In this document: in pieces, positions 60,203-64,000 of the stretch
Layout of the letters: each line of letters starts with the position of its first letter
Position numbering within the stretch: the stretch's first letter is position 1
Source of the DNA: Octopus sinensis
Lineage: Eukaryota
DNA length: 64,000 nucleotides
Direction of reading: 5' to 3'
Assembly (NCBI RefSeq): GCF_006345805.1
Contig: NC_043003.1
Location: 89,342,001 to 89,406,000, forward strand
The notes under the pieces: model-generated
Told to the model about the DNA's origin: nothing
Seen by the model: only the letters and a program-made list of their open reading frames with translations
The model's database searches: none
Made by a program: the position numbers and the translations under genes

Positions 60203-62001
60203 TAGGGTAATAACTTTTTGCTATTATTTGAAGTAAACAATTTCCTGTATCAAAAGTTGATGAGCAATTTCATTTAAGTAGGGAAAATAACCTTTACTTT
60301 GTGTTTTTTAAAAAAACATCTCCCCCAACTGAAGAAATCTAACACCACTTTTAACCCAAATCATGCAAAATTTTAGTGAGGTTCATAAAGCCTGCTCAAG
60401 TTTTTACCAAACTTGGTTTGCTGACTTAGTGCAATTCAGCTTTCAAGTATAAGTAGCTGTTAAACTAAAAAAGAAAATGAATAAAGCACTACATTTAAAA
60501 AACTGGTCATTGCATTTTGATGGCAAATATGTTGATGACCAAGAATACCAAGTGCTGGTTTTAAAGAATGAACAGAGTGAAGTTAAGTTAGAAGCACACC
60601 AGTTACCAAATGGAAAAGCTGATACTGTTGTGAAAGGAATAAAAGCTGTTTCAGATGAATACAATTTATGGAACTGTGTAAAGATGATTGTCACTGATAC
60701 AATGGGCGTGAACACTGAGAAAAGAAATGGCATTGTCATTTAGTTGCAAAGATTGTTTGCTCTAAAGGGTTTGAAAGAATTGTAATTTATAGGTTGTCAG
60801 CATCATATCCTTGATAGAGTTCTTTGTGTTGTAATGGATAACAAACTTGGAGAAAAAAAGTTATCTCCCAATATTGAATATACATTCATCCCAGAGCTTC
60901 TAGGTAATTACAAGAAGCTCCAGGCTAATTTCAACAATGGTGAAGAAAAGATTACTTGATCAGCAGGGTGGCAAGATGACACGAAATTTCTATTTCATTT
61001 GACCAGAGTTTTTCGTTTCTTGGAAGAAACCGGAAAATTTCCTACTGTAAAGTTTCAAAAAATATCCAACTTGAGTAAGATGGAATTCTCTTTTGGCATT
61101 TATTCTTCTACCACAGAAAAGAGTTTTGCTTCTCAATGTTTGTCGATTCATCTCTTACAGCTGGGCTGATTTTAGGTTTACTGACCAAGTGTTCAAAGCA
61201 CATGATTATCAGAAGTTATGTGGTAGCCTACAAATTCATAAAAAAGCATTGAACTATGTAAAAAAAACTTTTGTAGTTGAGAACCATCAAAACCGGAAAT
61301 TCCCAGAACAAATCAGAATGCAGAACGAGCAATCAAGTGCCTTCAAGATCTTTATAATGTTTGTAAAAAGGAGAAACTTCAGCTTTGATTTATTTTATCT
61401 AACAAAACATTAATTCTTTGTTATGTTTTAAAATTTACTAACATTCAGCACCCTTTTCTTATACAGTTATCTAAAATTGGAATTAAGTTAAAAATATGTA
61501 TTGCTTTTTATACTGTATGTTATTGAATGCTTTTAGTGACCTCTGTCTTAAAATAGCCTAGAATTCAACCTTTGCATAGAGCAATATCAATTCAGTAATC
61601 TTAAAAATGTATAAATACATTTTTATTCCACATCTCTCTTGCATTTACAAGGATTTAGGCAGTGGAAATACTGAAATGCGAATATAGTGCCACTTGGTGA
61701 TTATAGTTTAAAAAACTCATCACTCAGAAACTACTTCAACCAGAAAGCTGGAATTTCAGAGATACTATTTCTGCATTGCATCGAATCAGCACACAAAGTT
61801 TGGCAAAGACTTGAGCAGGTGTTATGAACCCCACTAGAATTTTGCATGATTTGGGTCAAAAGTGGTGATCGATTTTTTAAGTTAGTGGGAGTGACGTTTT
61901 TTTCAAATAATGCAAAATAAATGTTAGTTTCCTGACTTTTGTGAAATTATTCATCAAAATACAGCATAGGGTTATTAGGTTATGAAAAAGCCATAACCCT
62001 A
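60203..62001 (+). mobile_element. hAT-superfamily (hATm-like) DNA transposon, near full length, inactive
   Basis: Termini TAGGGT...ACCCTA with ATATATAT on both sides and subterminal inverted similarity (~60345-60430 vs ~61780-61870). Transposase remnants LHFDGK, VTDTMGVNT..NG, GCQHHILD, WNS and PRTNQNAERAIK. Confidence 0.75.
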
Positions 62002-62030
62002 ATATATATATATATGTATATATTCATATA

Positions 62031-64000
62031 TCATCATCATCGTTTAACGTCTGTTTTCCATGTTAGCATGGGTTGGATGGTTCAACTGGGGTCTGGGAAG
62101 CCAGAAGGCTGCGCCAGGCCCAGTCTGATCTGGCAGTGTTTCTACAGCTGGATGCCCTTCCTAATGCCAACCACTCCGTGAGTGTAGTGGGTGCTTTTTA
62201 CGTGCCACCTGCACAGGTGCCAGACGAGGCTGGCAATGGCCACAATCGGATGGTGCTTTTTACGTGCCACCGGCACTGGTATCACAGCTACAATTTCCAT
62301 TGATGTTGATCGATTTCGATTTTGATTTTCACTTGCCTCAACAGGTCTTCACAAGTAGGGTTTGTGTCACAAGAAGGAAAGGTATGCATAAGTGGGCTGG
62401 CTACATCCCAGGTAGAGGCCACGAGTTATGGTCTCACTTGTCCTGCCGGGTTTTCCCACGCACAGCATACTTCCAAAGGTCTCGGTCTCTGGTCATTTCC
62501 TCGGTGAGACCTAAAGTTCGAAGGTCGTGCTTCACCACCTCGTCCCAGGTTTTCCTGGGTCTACCTCTTCCACAGGTTCCCTCAACCACTAGCGTGTGGC
62601 ACTTTTTCACACAACTATCTTCATCCATTCTCACTACATGACCATACCATCGCAAACGTCTCTCTTGCACACCACAACTGATGCTTCTTAGATCCAACTT
62701 TTCTCTCAAGGTACTTACACTCTATCGAGTATGAACACTGACATTACACATCCATCAGAGCATCCTGGCTTCATTTCTTGCAAGCTTACGCATATCCTCA
62801 GCAGTCATGGCCCAAGTTTCACTGTCATGTAGCATGGCTGTTCGTACACATGCATCATACAGTCTGCCTTTTATTCTGAGCGAGAGGCCTTTTGTCACCA
62901 GCAGAGGTAAGAGCTCTCTGAACTTTGCCCAGGCTATTCTTACTCTAGCATTTACACTTTCAGCACACCCACCCCCACTACTGACTTGGTCACCTAGGTA
63001 ACGGAAGCTATCAACAATTTCTAGTTTTCCTCCCTTGAATGTGGCGGAAGTTGGTCTCTGAGCATTTTCAATGTTTATTGCTCCTGAGCATCTGCCACAT
63101 ACAAAAACTATCTTCCCAGTTAGCCTTCCTTTGACATTGCTGCACCTCTTATGTGTCCATAGCTTACGCTTGGTGCATCTTATAGAGTTTCTACCTACGC
63201 CTTTTCTATAGATCGAGCAGGGCCATCTACCTGAAGGCGTTTGTGATTTGCCTGCCTTCCTACATTTGGTTTTAGCGAGGTTGATTTTAAGGCCCTTCGA
63301 TTCTTATCCTTGTCTCCACACTTGAAACTTTGCCTCTAGTTCTGATAGTGACTCAGCAATTAGAGCAAGGTCATCAGCATATAGGAGCTCCCAGGGTCAT
63401 CCTGTCTTAAATTCCTCCGTTATTGCCTGGAGGACTATGATAAATAGGAGGGGGCTGAGGACTGAACCTTGGTGGACCCCTACCTCTACCCTGAATTCTT
63501 TAGTGTACTCGTTGCCAACCCTCACCTTACTTACAGTGTCTCTGTACATGGCTTGCACAGCTCTCACTAACCATTCATCTATCCCTAGTTTCCTCATTGA
63601 CCACCAGATAAGGGATCGGGGGACCCTGTCAAAGGCTTTCTCCGTGTCAACGAAAGCCAGGTACAGGGGCTTATCTTTGGCTAGGTATTTCTCCTGCAGC
63701 TGTCTCACCAGAAATATGGCATCAGTGGTGCTTTTCCCTTGCACGAAACCAAACTGCATCTCATTCAAGCTGACTCTCTCCCTAATCTGTTGGGCTATGA
63801 CCCTCTCTGTAACCTTCATTACCTGATCCAACAGCTTGATACCTCTGTAATTATTAGTATCTAAAGCGTTACCTTTACCTTTGTAGTAGTTGACTATTTT
63901 GCTGCTACACCAGTCATTGGGTATGACTCCATCGTGTATCACCTGGTTAACTATACGGGTGACTAGGCTATAGCCGACACTACCAGATATTTTAAGCATC
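62031..64000 (-). mobile_element. RTE LINE (RT to 3' tail), continuing beyond the window
   Basis: ORF 63397-63999 with NYRGIKLL, KSTTDAIF and GVHQGSVLSPLLF; LRWYGHV; (CAT)n at 62031. Confidence 0.95.

Overview
Eukaryotic, repeat-dense genomic DNA, most likely from an octopus (coleoid cephalopod). The taxon is inferred from the SINE/RTE repertoire and the kilobase TA/TATG arrays and was not confirmed by a search. The only host gene found is POLR3A (RPC1, largest subunit of RNA polymerase III) on the + strand: six GT-AG coding exons (29115-29269, 41004-41057, 48867-48988, 52174-52273, 54072-54149, 56717-56854; 647 nt) splice in frame and end in the [30 protein letters not shown] motif. Neither the start nor the end of the gene is visible, so probably the whole window lies inside this gene. 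The rest is intronic: about 15 kb of compound TA/TATG/GT microsatellite, a 100-N gap, CR1-like, RTE and Tx1/L1 LINEs, two Penelope-like elements (PLEs), two mariners, a hATm-like transposon, two Helitron-like elements, an ~800-bp foldback and many tRNA-derived SINEs. Most notable: several PLE-associated type I hammerhead ribozyme motifs, two with a compensatory U3:A8 core; a PLE whose GIY-YIG endonuclease appears split by a ~190-aa repetitive insert; a SINE and LINE sharing a 3' stem-loop tail; antisense Pol III-type SINEs inside a Pol III subunit gene; and a Helitron whose empty site is preserved in the other arm of a palindrome. The first ~18 kb shows signs of poor assembly quality.
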